64,000 bases of DNA from Thermoanaerobaculia bacterium. Lineage in GTDB: Bacteria > Acidobacteriota > Thermoanaerobaculia > Multivoradales > Multivoraceae. The translations under genes were made by a program, and so were the position numbers. Shown piece after piece: positions 39,371-48,941 of the stretch. The notes below the pieces were generated by a model. That model had not been told where the DNA came from and made no database searches. It was given only the letters and a program-made list of their open reading frames with translations. Position 1 is the stretch's first letter, and each line of letters opens with the position of its first letter. The stretch is from NCBI GenBank assembly GCA_942492505.1, contig CALOFD010000027.1, forward strand, positions 67,242 through 131,241. The letters are read 5' to 3'.

Positions 39371-41549
39371 AGACTCCGACGCTTCGAACTTGAACCCGCA
39401 GCAGTTCGAGGCGGTGACCCACGGTACGGGTCCCCAGCTCGTTCTCGCCGGTGCCGGATCCGGCAAGACCCGCGTCATCACGCAGCGCATCGCGTGGCTG
39501 GTTCGCGAACAGGGAGTCGATCCGGCCGGCATCACGGCAGTGACGTTCACGAACAAGGCGGCTGCGGAGATGAAGCGTCGCGTCGAGGAGTCGCTGCAGA
39601 CGTCGCCCCTGTCGGCGTACGTCGGCACCTTTCATCGCTACGCCCTGCGCCTCCTTCGCCGTTACGGCGAGAGGGTCGGTCTGAAGCGGGGCTTCTCGAT
39701 CGTCGACGACGCCGATCAGCTGGCCCTGGTACGCCAGGCCCTGAAGGACGAAAGCCTGCCAGACACGTCGTTTCCTCCGCGAGGAGTGTTGTCTCGAATC
39801 AGTGACGCGAAGAATCGTCTGGTCGACGAGAAGACCCTGCAGGCCGAGGCAAGCGGTTTCTACGAGGAGCGTCTGGCTCGCCTCTACGTCCGCTACCAGA
39901 AGCTCCTGCGGAGAGCCTCGGCCGTCGACTTCGACGACCTGATCACGTTGACCGTCCGACTGCTGAGCGACGAGCGGCGGGTGTTGTCCTACGCTCGGTC
40001 GCGTGCCGCGTATCTTCTGGTCGACGAGTTCCAGGACACCAACCACGCGCAGCTCGAACTCGTGCTGAGATTGGCCGGCGAGGGAGGCAACCTGACCGCG
40101 GTCGGCGACGAAGACCAGGGTATCTACCGCTGGCGCGGAGCCGATCTCGACAACATCCTCCACTTCGAGCGCTTCTTCCCCGGGGCGGTGATCCGCAAGC
40201 TCGAACGCAACTACCGCTCGACCCAGAACATCCTGTCGGCGGCCGACGCAGTAGTGTCGAACAACGAGAACCGCCGCGGCAAGACCCTGTGGACCGATAT
40301 CGGCGCGGGTGACCCGATCTCGCTGTACCGCGCTCGCGACGAGGCCGACGAGGCCCGATGGGTGGTGCAGGCGCTTCGCAATGCCGTCGAAGGACGCAAG
40401 TACCAGGACGTCGGCATCCTGGTGCGCACGAACGGCCAGACCCGCGCCCTCGAGGAAGAACTCATCCGCACGGAGACGCCCTACAGCCTGGTTGGAGGCA
40501 CCCGTTTCTACGCTCGCGCCGAGATCAAGGACCTGGTTGCCTACCTGCGCGTGCTGCGGGATCCCAGCGACGAGGTCGCGATGCAGCGGATCATGAACCA
40601 GCCGCCGCGGGGAATCGGCAAGACGACGCGGGAGCTGGTCGAGGGTGAGAGGAGTCGCAGGGGTCTGACGCTGTGGGACTACCTTCGACTGGATTCGTTC
40701 GACAGCCTGCCGGCGCGAGCCTCGAAGGCGCTGACCGCGTTTCGCGACCTGGTGGTCGGTCTGCACGACGAGTTCGCAGACAGCGATGTCGGAAGTGCGC
40801 TCGACGCCATCCTCGAGCGCACAGGTTTCCTCGAACTCTTCAAGGGTCAGGATGCCGACTCTGAAGCGCGCCGCGACAACGTCGAAGAGATGCTTTCAGC
40901 GGCGCACGGCTTCGTGGAATCCCATTCGGATGCAGAAACGGAAGAGATCGGAGCTCTGGACGCGTTTCTCGATCATGTGGCGCTGGTCAGCGACCTGGAC
41001 GACTGGCAGGTGGAGCGGGGAGTCTCCGTGATGACCTTCCACAGCGCCAAGGGTCTGGAGTTCCCCTTCGTCTTCGTCACGGGGTTGGAGGAGGGCCTGT
41101 TGCCCCACTACAACTCGCAGGGGGCGCCGGAGGATCTGGAGGAGGAGCGCCGACTGCTCTACGTCGGGATGACCCGCGCTCGAGAAAGGCTCTACGTTTC
41201 GTTCTGCCGCCGGCGGATGGTGGCCGGTCGGTATCAGGATCAGAAACCCTCGCCGTTCCTGTCGGAGATTCCACCGGATCTGATCGAGGCGGAGAACAGC
41301 CCCAGTCTCTTCGACTCCCCGAGGTCGGGCAACGTCGGCGCCTTCTTCGGCCGTGAAACGACGATCGAGCCGGTCTTCGAGGATCGGGAGGTCGGCAAGG
41401 GTCGCCGGGTCCGTCACTCCACGCTGGGGGAGGGTGTCATCCTGTCGATGGAGGGCACCGGCGGCGACGCGAAGCTCACCGTCTACTTCGATCAGGTCGG
41501 AAAGCGGAAGTTGATCGCCAGGTTCGCCAACCTCGAACCCGTCGACTAA
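39363..41549 (+). CDS. UvrD/PcrA-type ATP-dependent DNA helicase
   Basis: LNPQQFEAVTHGTGPQLVLAGAGSGKTRV, LLVDEFQDTN, NYRST and FHSAKGLEFPFVFV...EEERRLLYVGMTRA motifs. Confidence 0.9.
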   Translation: MSRDSDASNLNPQQFEAVTHGTGPQLVLAGAGSGKTRVITQRIAWLVREQGVDPAGITAVTFTNKAAAEMKRRVEESLQTSPLSAYVGTFHRYALRLLRRYGERVGLKRGFSIVDDADQLALVRQALKDESLPDTSFPPRGVLSRISDAKNRLVDEKTLQAEASGFYEERLARLYVRYQKLLRRASAVDFDDLITLTVRLLSDERRVLSYARSRAAYLLVDEFQDTNHAQLELVLRLAGEGGNLTAVGDEDQGIYRWRGADLDNILHFERFFPGAVIRKLERNYRSTQNILSAADAVVSNNENRRGKTLWTDIGAGDPISLYRARDEADEARWVVQALRNAVEGRKYQDVGILVRTNGQTRALEEELIRTETPYSLVGGTRFYARAEIKDLVAYLRVLRDPSDEVAMQRIMNQPPRGIGKTTRELVEGERSRRGLTLWDYLRLDSFDSLPARASKALTAFRDLVVGLHDEFADSDVGSALDAILERTGFLELFKGQDADSEARRDNVEEMLSAAHGFVESHSDAETEEIGALDAFLDHVALVSDLDDWQVERGVSVMTFHSAKGLEFPFVFVTGLEEGLLPHYNSQGAPEDLEEERRLLYVGMTRARERLYVSFCRRRMVAGRYQDQKPSPFLSEIPPDLIEAENSPSLFDSPRSGNVGAFFGRETTIEPVFEDREVGKGRRVRHSTLGEGVILSMEGTGGDAKLTVYFDQVGKRKLIARFANLEPVD

Positions 41550-42115
41550 CCACGGTCTTCGTCGAAACCGGCGAGGTCACGTGTGTAGTCCTCCTTGAGG
41601 AGGGCGTAGAGGTAGTGATCGACCCGATCGCCGTCGAGGACGAAGTAGCCGCGCAGGATCCCCTCGCGCCGGAAGCCGCTCTTCTCGAGCACGCGTCTCG
41701 ACGCGTGGTTCTCGACGGCGCAGCGGGCTTCGATGCGGTGCAGTCGGGTGTTGAACAGCAGCTCCGGAAGCAGATCGGCAAGGGCCTGCGTCATCACTCC
41801 CCGGCCCTGCCACGCCGAGGTGAGGGCGAAGCCCAGCTCGCACAGACCGTGCTCCCAGTTGCCCACCACCAGGGTGATCCAGCCTGCCGGTTCCTGGTTC
41901 GCCTCGACCACCCACTGGAAGCGATCTCCCCGCGCGCGGTAGAGCCCGTTCATGCGTTGCGACGCGACGTCGTTTCGCAGCTGGGTCAGGGCGATGTCGC
42001 GCAGAGGCTGGAAGCGACGCACGCTGGGCTCCGCGCGCCACTGCCTGAACAGCATGGCGTCGGAAACGCGAGCGGGCCTGAGGTCCACCGTGATGGGTCG
42101 TGGGATGGCCTCCAT
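41546..42115 (-). CDS. GNAT family N-acetyltransferase (RimJ/RimL-like)
   Basis: 189 aa; WQGRGVMTQAL acetyl-CoA motif and ENHASRRVLEKSGFRREG. Confidence 0.8.
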   Translation of the reverse strand: MEAIPRPITVDLRPARVSDAMLFRQWRAEPSVRRFQPLRDIALTQLRNDVASQRMNGLYRARGDRFQWVVEANQEPAGWITLVVGNWEHGLCELGFALTSAWQGRGVMTQALADLLPELLFNTRLHRIEARCAVENHASRRVLEKSGFRREGILRGYFVLDGDRVDHYLYALLKEDYTRDLAGFDEDRG

Positions 42116-42156
42116 CCGCCGAGCATACTAGGGCTCGAAGGAGGGGCGACGCGAGC

Positions 42157-43653
42157 TCAGGACTCGAGCAGGGGCTGGGCGGCAGCGTCCGCCGGCAGAA
42201 TGCGACCGCGCAGCGAGAACAGGAAGACCCAGGTGAAGCCCTGGGCGAAGACATAGAGAAAGGGAAGGGCGCCCCACATTCCCTCGTAGGCGGCGAAGAG
42301 GAGGCAGCCGACCGAGTAGGCGCTGAAGAGGCCCTCGACGACCAGGGTGGAGTCGACCCTGGCGCGGTATCTCGCGCTCGTCCAGGCCTGGCCGCGGTGT
42401 TCGATTCGGTACTTGGGAGTGCGGACGAACTCGCCGCCGGAACGGAGCAGACCCTCGATCACGGCTCGGCCGTTGTTGATGCAGAGGCCGATTCCCAGGG
42501 CCAGGACGGACGGCAGAACGAGGCCCGGACTGGGATCGCGATCGCGCGGTCGATCGGCGATCTGCCCCGACAGGAAGTACGAAATCGTCGACAGGGACGA
42601 GAGGGCGAACAGGGGCAGATCGATCCAGAGGAGGGACCAGGGATCGGCGGCGTGCCGAATCACCATGGCCGGAAAGATCAGGAGGGAGAGAACGATCATC
42701 AGCGGGTAGGCCAGATTGGTACTGAGATGGGCGAAGGCCTCCAGCTTCTGGGCTCGCGGTCGATCGGAGCGCAGCACGGCGGGCAGGACCTTTCTCGCCA
42801 CCTGCATGTGACCCATCGCCCAGCGGTGCTGTTGGGTCTTGAAGGCGGCCATGTCGACCGGCAGTTCCGACGGTACCCCGAGCGTCGGCAGGTAGACGAA
42901 GCGCCAACCGGCGAGTTGAGAGCGGTACGAAAGGTCGAGGTCTTCGGTCAGGGTGTCGTGATGCCATCCGCCCGCATCGACGATCGCCTGCCGACGCCAG
43001 ACTCCCGCCGTGCCGTTGAAGTTGAAGAACCTGCCGCTCAGGCTGCGGGCCGTCTGTTCGATTCGGAAGTGACCGTCGAGGAAAATCGCCTGGATGCGGG
43101 TCAACAGCGAGTAGTTCCGATTGACGTAGTCCCAGCGGGCCTGAACCATGCCGACAGAGGGGTCCTCGAAGTGGGGGACCACTCGACGCAGGAAGTCGGG
43201 CGCCGGAATGAAATCGGCGTCGAAGACGGCGATCAGGTCGCCTTCGGCCAGGTCGAGTCCGGCGGCGAGGGCGCCGGCCTTGTAGCCGGTGCGGCTTTCA
43301 CGCCGGAGGTGGTGCACGCGTCGACCGCGTTGTCGCCAGGTGCACACGGCGGATTCGAGGATCTCGCAGGTGTCGTCGGTGGAGTCGTCGAGGATCTGGA
43401 TCTCCAGTCGATCGTCGGGGTAGTCGAGCTCGCAGACGGCGTCGAGCAGTCGCGAGGCCACGTAACGCTCGTTGTAGAGTGGCAGCTGAACCGTGATCTT
43501 CGGTAGAGAGTCCCGCGCCGGAGTGATATCGGGCGCTGCGTGACGGTTTCGGTAGAACAGCACGAGCAACACCGCTCGGTGCAGGCCGAAGCCGGCCAGG
43601 CACGTCAGGGTGACGTAGTACGCGCCGAGAAGGAGATCGCTGGGTGAAGGCAT
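42157..43653 (-). CDS. Processive family-2 glycosyltransferase with C-terminal TM domain (cellulose-synthase-like)
   Basis: 498 aa; VQLPLYNE, ILDDSTDDT, FDADFIP and QQHRWAMG (QxxRW) motifs; multiple TM helices at both ends. Confidence 0.85.
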   Translation of the reverse strand: MPSPSDLLLGAYYVTLTCLAGFGLHRAVLLVLFYRNRHAAPDITPARDSLPKITVQLPLYNERYVASRLLDAVCELDYPDDRLEIQILDDSTDDTCEILESAVCTWRQRGRRVHHLRRESRTGYKAGALAAGLDLAEGDLIAVFDADFIPAPDFLRRVVPHFEDPSVGMVQARWDYVNRNYSLLTRIQAIFLDGHFRIEQTARSLSGRFFNFNGTAGVWRRQAIVDAGGWHHDTLTEDLDLSYRSQLAGWRFVYLPTLGVPSELPVDMAAFKTQQHRWAMGHMQVARKVLPAVLRSDRPRAQKLEAFAHLSTNLAYPLMIVLSLLIFPAMVIRHAADPWSLLWIDLPLFALSSLSTISYFLSGQIADRPRDRDPSPGLVLPSVLALGIGLCINNGRAVIEGLLRSGGEFVRTPKYRIEHRGQAWTSARYRARVDSTLVVEGLFSAYSVGCLLFAAYEGMWGALPFLYVFAQGFTWVFLFSLRGRILPADAAAQPLLES

Positions 43654-43670
43654 CTTCAGAGCAGTCGGCT

Positions 43671-45107
43671 ATGGGGTGGCTGCGGAGTCACGGCACCGTC
43701 TGGGCGCCCCTGGTCGTTCTTTCTACGGTTCTGGTGTGGGCTTCCGATGGCTCGGTGCATTCGGGCGTCTGGCTGACGGCGAGTCTGGCCTCTGGGGTCT
43801 GGTTCCTGATCGTTGCCTGGCGAACCCGGGACTCGGAGGTGCCGGTATCGGTCCTCGTCGGCATCGCGTTGATTCTTCGGCTGTCGGCCCTGACCCTCCC
43901 GCTGACCCTTTCGGAGGATGTCTATCGATACCTCTGGGACGGTCGTCTTGCGGTGGCGGGGGTGAACCCCTACGAAGTCGCGCCGGAGGATACCGGGCTC
44001 GTCGAACTGCGCGACGAACTCTGGCAGCGGGTCGAACATCGGGAGGTCGAAACAGTCTATCCGCCGGTCGCCATCGCGGCTTTCAGTATAGCGAGCGTGA
44101 CCGACCATCCCGTGGTGGCCTGGAAGCTGATCGTCACGCTTGCCGACCTCGCTTCGTGTGTCGTTCTCTGGTTGTTGGCTCGGCGCCTCGGGCTGGCTTC
44201 CGGGCGTACGATCGGCTACCTCTGGAATCCACTGGTGGTGGTCGAACTCTCGGGGATGGGGCATGTCGACGGCCTCGGGATCCTTGGACTCCTGGCGGCG
44301 GCTCTCTGGCTGTCGGGATCGGCGACGGGGACGTCGGGATCGGCGACGAGGACGTCGGGATCGGCGACGGGGACGTCGGGATCGGCGACGGGGCCGCGCA
44401 GAGCAGGCGAGAGAACGATCTTCGCTGCCATCGCGCTGGCTGGTGCGGTCCTGACGAAACTGATCCCGGCCCTGGTGGTCGCCCCGTGGACCCGGAGCAG
44501 CCGCCGTCCGGCGTTGTTCGCCGGAGCTACGCTGCTGGTCGTGGCGACCGCGCTGGTGCCCGTCGGCATCGCGAGCGGCGGGATCCCCCCGGGGCTGACC
44601 ACCTATGGAGTGTCCTGGGAGTTCAACGGTCCGATCTTCGAACCTGCCTGGCGACTCGTCGAGGTCGCCCGCATCGACGATCTCGCCAAGTGGGCTCTTT
44701 CCGGGGTGACGGCTGTCACAGGCGTCGATCGCCTCTCGAGCCTCAGCCGTTGGATGTATCCGCAGTTGATCACGAAGTTCTTTCTGGGCCTCGGCCTGCT
44801 GGCAGCGGTCGCTGCCGTCGCTCGAAGAGCCGACGACCTGGTGTCGTCGGCCTATCTCGTCTTCGCCGCCTTCGTGACGACTTCGGCGACGGTCCATCCC
44901 TGGTATGTGCTCTGGGTCGTGCCGTGGGCGGTCCTGGGAGGTCGCCGCTCCTGGTTGGTGCTCACCGTCTCCGTCCAGCTCGCCTACCTGCCGCGCTTCT
45001 TCGCGATTCCCTACTTTCCCTGGGTGTACTTGGCTGTCTGGTCGCCTTTCGTGCTTTCATTCCTGATCGAACGTGCGCTACAAACTGACACTGTCCTACC
45101 GCGGTGA
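43671..45107 (+). CDS. Polytopic membrane protein, GT87/DUF2029 (PIG-V-like mannosyltransferase-type)
   Basis: EDVYRYLWDGRLAVAGVNPY motif after the first TM pair; more than 8 TM segments. Start is ATG 43671, or GTG 43644 which would overlap the divergent GT2 start. Confidence 0.65.
   Translation: MGWLRSHGTVWAPLVVLSTVLVWASDGSVHSGVWLTASLASGVWFLIVAWRTRDSEVPVSVLVGIALILRLSALTLPLTLSEDVYRYLWDGRLAVAGVNPYEVAPEDTGLVELRDELWQRVEHREVETVYPPVAIAAFSIASVTDHPVVAWKLIVTLADLASCVVLWLLARRLGLASGRTIGYLWNPLVVVELSGMGHVDGLGILGLLAAALWLSGSATGTSGSATRTSGSATGTSGSATGPRRAGERTIFAAIALAGAVLTKLIPALVVAPWTRSSRRPALFAGATLLVVATALVPVGIASGGIPPGLTTYGVSWEFNGPIFEPAWRLVEVARIDDLAKWALSGVTAVTGVDRLSSLSRWMYPQLITKFFLGLGLLAAVAAVARRADDLVSSAYLVFAAFVTTSATVHPWYVLWVVPWAVLGGRRSWLVLTVSVQLAYLPRFFAIPYFPWVYLAVWSPFVLSFLIERALQTDTVLPR
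44312..44395 (+). repeat. 4 x 21-bp in-frame tandem repeat (GTCGGGATCGGCGACGGGGAC) encoding (SGSATGT)n
   Basis: Units at 44312-44332, 44333-44353, 44354-44374 and 44375-44395; one substitution in unit 2 (GAG) and one in unit 4 (GCC). Confidence 0.9.
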
Positions 45108-45849
45108 GAGCTACGCCGGCTGGCAGCGCCAGCCGAATGCGGTCTCGGTGCAGGAAGTGGTCGAGGCTGCGGTTTCCGAGATCCTGGGTTGCCATGCGCC
45201 AGTGACCGGCGCAGGCCGAACCGACGCCGGCGTCCACGCCCGTGGCCAGGTCGCCCACGTCGACAGCCCTCGAGGGTTGCCCGAGAGCGCCCTCGTGGAG
45301 GGGGTGAATGCCCGACTGCCGGAGGATGTCAGGGTGATGCAGGCCGAGATCGTCGCCGACACGTTCCACGCCCGCTATGACGCGGTCGGCAAGGAGTACC
45401 GATACGCCATGACCTCGTCGCGGGTGCAGTCGCCGCTCGACTCCCTCTTCTGCCTGCGACTCAAACACGCCGTCGATGTCGGCGCCATGACCGAGGCCGC
45501 TCGAGCCTTCGTCGGTCGCTGGGACTTCTCGGCGTTCGCGAAGTCGGGGGGTGCTCACGGCCAGCCGGTTCGCGAAGTGATGCTTTGCGAGTTGGAGGTG
45601 GACGGCCCGCGACTCTTCTTTCGGGTGATCGGCGAGGGTTTCCTGCGAGGCATGGTGAGAGCGATGGTGGGAACGCTGCTCGAGGTCGGGACCGGAAGGC
45701 TCGAGACCGGCTCGATCCGGAAACTGCTCGAAGGGCGCCCGAGGAGCGAGGCCGGTGCGAATGTTCCTGCTAACGGGCTGGTTCTCGAGAAGGTCTTCTA
45801 CGACCCTCGCGAGCTCGAGGCGCAGGCGGGTAGAGGGCTGCGGGTGTGA
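45073..45849 (+). CDS. truA: tRNA pseudouridine(38-40) synthase
   Basis: 258 aa; YKLTLSYRGESYAGWQRQPN...GAGRTDAGVHARGQVAHVD. Confidence 0.9.
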   Translation: MRYKLTLSYRGESYAGWQRQPNAVSVQEVVEAAVSEILGCHAPVTGAGRTDAGVHARGQVAHVDSPRGLPESALVEGVNARLPEDVRVMQAEIVADTFHARYDAVGKEYRYAMTSSRVQSPLDSLFCLRLKHAVDVGAMTEAARAFVGRWDFSAFAKSGGAHGQPVREVMLCELEVDGPRLFFRVIGEGFLRGMVRAMVGTLLEVGTGRLETGSIRKLLEGRPRSEAGANVPANGLVLEKVFYDPRELEAQAGRGLRV

Positions 45850-45867
45850 TATTTTTGCCTTCTCCGC

Positions 45868-46668
45868 ATGATCGTCGCCGACAACATAGCGGCCCCGGGA
45901 AGTCCTGAGCGGGCCCTGTTCGACCAGCTGGATCTCGCCTCCCTGCCGCGACACGTGGCCGTCATCATGGACGGCAACGGCCGCTGGGCGCAGGCTCGCG
46001 GCCGCGCGAGGATCGAGGGTCACCGTGAGGGTGTGCGCGCCGTTCGCGAGACGGTCGAAACCTCGGCGAGGCTCGAGCTCGACTATCTGACGCTCTACGC
46101 CTTCTCGGTCGAGAACTGGAAGCGCCCTCGCTACGAGGTCTGGACGCTGATGAATCTCCTCAAGGAGTACCTTCGTCGCGAGCGAGAAGAACTGGCGTCG
46201 AACAACATTCGACTGAACATTCTGGGTCGGGTGGAGGAAATGGATGCCTCCGTGCGGCGGGAGATCGACCGCGGACTCGAGACCACGGCTGCCTGCACCG
46301 GCATGACCCTGAACATCGCCCTCAACTACTCTGGACGTTGCGAGATCGTCGATGCCTGCCGAAAGATCGTTTCGGACTGGGCCCAGGGACAGCGAGTGGA
46401 GATCGACGAGGAAACGATCGGTCGCTACCTCTACACCTCGCAGCAACCCGATCCGGATCTGGTGATCCGGACGTCGGGCGAGATGCGACTGTCGAACTTC
46501 CTGCTCTGGCAGATCGCCTACTCCGAAATCGTCGTCACTCCGACCCTCTGGCCCGACTTCAGCCGCCTCGATCTACTCAGTGCGCTGCTCGAGTTCCAGG
46601 GCCGCGAGCGTCGCTACGGCGGCCTCGAGTTCAGTGGGTCGGACGCCAGGGCCGGCGCTGGGAGCTGA
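45868..46668 (+). CDS. uppS: Undecaprenyl diphosphate synthase
   Basis: 266 aa; HVAVIMDGNGRWA, LTLYAFSVENWKRP and IRTSGEMRLSNFLLWQ motifs. Confidence 0.95.
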   Translation: MIVADNIAAPGSPERALFDQLDLASLPRHVAVIMDGNGRWAQARGRARIEGHREGVRAVRETVETSARLELDYLTLYAFSVENWKRPRYEVWTLMNLLKEYLRREREELASNNIRLNILGRVEEMDASVRREIDRGLETTAACTGMTLNIALNYSGRCEIVDACRKIVSDWAQGQRVEIDEETIGRYLYTSQQPDPDLVIRTSGEMRLSNFLLWQIAYSEIVVTPTLWPDFSRLDLLSALLEFQGRERRYGGLEFSGSDARAGAGS

Positions 46669-46749
46669 GGCTTTGGGGAACGCGGGCCGTTGGCGCCTGC
46701 GGCGCTTGCCGAGGATCGGCTGCGTTCTCCGAGAGTCGGGTAGGAGGCG

Positions 46750-47553
46750 ATGAAGAAACGCATTCTCGTCGGCGGCATCGTCGCTGGGTTGGCGATCTTC
46801 GGGATCTTCGAGCTCGACACGTTCTGGATCCAGGTCGTCATGTCGGGCCTGATGACCCTGGGTGCCCTGGAGGTCGTTCGGATGGCCCGCGGGGCCACCG
46901 CCGGTTCGCCGTTGCCGGTTCTCGTGCCGACGGTCGCCGTGGCGTCAGTCCTGCCCCTCTTCGGGGTCGCACGGCCCGAGATGGTTCTGGTTGCGGCGCC
47001 GATCGCCTTTGGAGGGCTGGCGGTGCTCTCACGAGGTCCCCTGGAAGTCCGACTTCCGGCCCTGGGCTGGTTCGCCTTCTCTCTGCCCTACCTGGTCTTG
47101 CCGGTGTGGGCCATTTCCGGAATCCATCGTCACGGAGGCGCGGCACTGTTGTTGTCGATCCTGGCGAGTGTGTGGGCGAACGACTCGATGGCGTACTTCG
47201 CCGGCTCCATGTTCGGTCGTCACCGCCTGGCGCCCACGCTGAGTCCGAAGAAGACCTGGGAAGGTAGTGTCTCCGGGGCGGTCTTCGGGGCCCTGGTCGG
47301 CGTCGGAGCGGCCGTCGGACTTGCCGGGATGCCGTTGTACCCGATGATCGGGGTCTTCGTCGCGACTTCGATCGTCGCTCAGATCGGAGATCTGCTGGAG
47401 TCGCTGCTCAAGCGTTCGGCCGCGGTGAAGGACTCTGGTCGCATCATGCCCGGTCACGGCGGTGTCCTCGACCGGATGGATGCAATACTGCTTGCCGCGC
47501 CTTTGTTCTATGCCCTGATGTCGGTGCTCGACCTGTGGCAGCCGACGAGCTGA
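46750..47553 (+). CDS. cdsA: Phosphatidate cytidylyltransferase
   Basis: 267-aa polytopic ORF; LSPKKTWEGS and PGHGGVLDRMD signature. Confidence 0.85.
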   Translation: MKKRILVGGIVAGLAIFGIFELDTFWIQVVMSGLMTLGALEVVRMARGATAGSPLPVLVPTVAVASVLPLFGVARPEMVLVAAPIAFGGLAVLSRGPLEVRLPALGWFAFSLPYLVLPVWAISGIHRHGGAALLLSILASVWANDSMAYFAGSMFGRHRLAPTLSPKKTWEGSVSGAVFGALVGVGAAVGLAGMPLYPMIGVFVATSIVAQIGDLLESLLKRSAAVKDSGRIMPGHGGVLDRMDAILLAAPLFYALMSVLDLWQPTS

Positions 47554-47555
47554 TC

Positions 47556-48896
47556 ATGTTTCAGATTCTCAGCAACGTCCTGGCTTTCGCCTTCGCCTTC
47601 GGCGTGATCGTCTTCATGCACGAGGCCGGTCACTATCTCGCTGCCAAGGCCTGTGGCGTCCGGGTCCTGACGTTCTCGGTGGGATTCGGCCGTCGGATCT
47701 GGTCGATGCGCCGCGGCGACACCGACTATCGGGTGTCGCTGATTCCGCTCGGAGGCTACGTCAGCTTCGCGGGCCAGGATCCGACCGAACCTTCGAACGA
47801 CCCTGGCGACTACCTCAACCATCCACGCTGGCAGAGAATCCTGATTCTCGCGGCCGGACCGTTCGCCAATGTGGTTCTGGCTCTCCTGCTGGTGACGATC
47901 GTCTACAGCACCGGATTCACAGCCGTGGATCCGAAGGACATGGAGGCGGTGGTGGGAGCGGTCGAAGCCGGTTCGGCCGGCGAGGAAGCCGGCCTGATGG
48001 CGGGCGACCGTGTAGTCAGCATCGGTTCGTCGCAGGTGCACAACTGGTCGGATGTGAGCTTCGCCACCCTGACGGCGCCGGAGCGCGACCTCGAAGTCGA
48101 GTTCATTCGCGACCGCGAGCCGCGTCGAACGGTCCTCAGGCCGGCGATGGTACTGCCCGACGAGATCGGAGAAGCCGGTCTCTATCCCCTGGTCCTGGTC
48201 GGCGAGGTTTCTCCGGGCAGCGCCGCTGAGGAAGCTGGAGTGCTGGCCGGGGATGCCATTCTCGAGATCGGAGATCGCCCCGTTCGAGGATTCGGCGACC
48301 TGGTCGATGTCGTCAGCGAGAGCCGCGGAGAACCGCTGTCGCTGACGTTGCTTCGTGAGGGAGTCGAGCTCCGGGCCGAGGTGGTGCCGCAGGAAGTCGA
48401 GGGTCGAATGATGATCGGGGTCGGTCAGCCGCTGCGCAGCTTCACGGTCTGGGAAGCGGCTCGCGAGAGCGTGCGCTTCAACGTCGATCTGAGCCAGCAG
48501 ATGTTCATGCTGCTCGGAAAGCTGGTCCAACGGGAGGTCTCGCTCAGGTCGTCGATCGGAGGACCGATCCAGATCGCCGAGGTTTCTGGACAGGCGGCGC
48601 GGCGCGGTTTTCGCGAGTTGCTGCTCTTCATGGCCTTCATCAGCCTGAACCTCTGTATTCTGAACATGTTGCCGATTCCCGTTCTCGATGGTGGACAGAT
48701 CACGGTGCTGCTCGTGGAGGGAACCATGAGGCGGGATCTGTCTCTCCGTCTCAAGGAACGGATCACCCAGGTGGGCCTCGTGGTCATCGTCATGCTGATG
48801 GCGATGGCGATATACTTCGACCTCAGCAAGAGCCTTCCGCCGATGCTCTCTTCCGAGTCATCCGGGACGGAGGAACGCCAGGTCGACCACCCCTAG
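47556..48896 (+). CDS. rseP: RIP site-2 zinc metalloprotease (M50) with two PDZ domains
   Basis: HEAGHYLAAK zinc motif; two PDZ-like blocks (GSAGEEAGLMAGDRVVSIG and GSAAEEAGVLAGDAILEIG); NLLPIPVLDGG. Confidence 0.9.
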   Translation: MFQILSNVLAFAFAFGVIVFMHEAGHYLAAKACGVRVLTFSVGFGRRIWSMRRGDTDYRVSLIPLGGYVSFAGQDPTEPSNDPGDYLNHPRWQRILILAAGPFANVVLALLLVTIVYSTGFTAVDPKDMEAVVGAVEAGSAGEEAGLMAGDRVVSIGSSQVHNWSDVSFATLTAPERDLEVEFIRDREPRRTVLRPAMVLPDEIGEAGLYPLVLVGEVSPGSAAEEAGVLAGDAILEIGDRPVRGFGDLVDVVSESRGEPLSLTLLREGVELRAEVVPQEVEGRMMIGVGQPLRSFTVWEAARESVRFNVDLSQQMFMLLGKLVQREVSLRSSIGGPIQIAEVSGQAARRGFRELLLFMAFISLNLCILNMLPIPVLDGGQITVLLVEGTMRRDLSLRLKERITQVGLVVIVMLMAMAIYFDLSKSLPPMLSSESSGTEERQVDHP

Positions 48897-48941
48897 GCAG
48901 CCGTTCGAAGCTGTCGAAAGAACTCCTCGGAGAAGCCCAGG

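Noticed and set aside
39363-42115. UvrD-family helicase plus GNAT as a defence module
   Set aside because: The helicase has the full housekeeping UvrD/PcrA motif set and sits in an operon-like run with mglBA and a nucleotidyltransferase. The GNAT gene is convergent and RimJ/RimL-like. No nuclease, methylase or other defence partner is present.
44312-44395. Possible CRISPR-like or minisatellite array
   Set aside because: The units are directly abutting with no spacers, only four copies are present, and they lie in frame inside a coding region. This is a coding tandem repeat, not a CRISPR array.
46750-48896. Absence of dxr between cdsA and rseP, and of bamA after rseP
   Set aside because: The uppS-cdsA-dxr-rseP-bamA order is common but not universal. 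Nothing in the sequence (no scar, no remnant ORF, a 2-nt cdsA-rseP gap) suggests a deletion. I treat it as ordinary gene-order variation.
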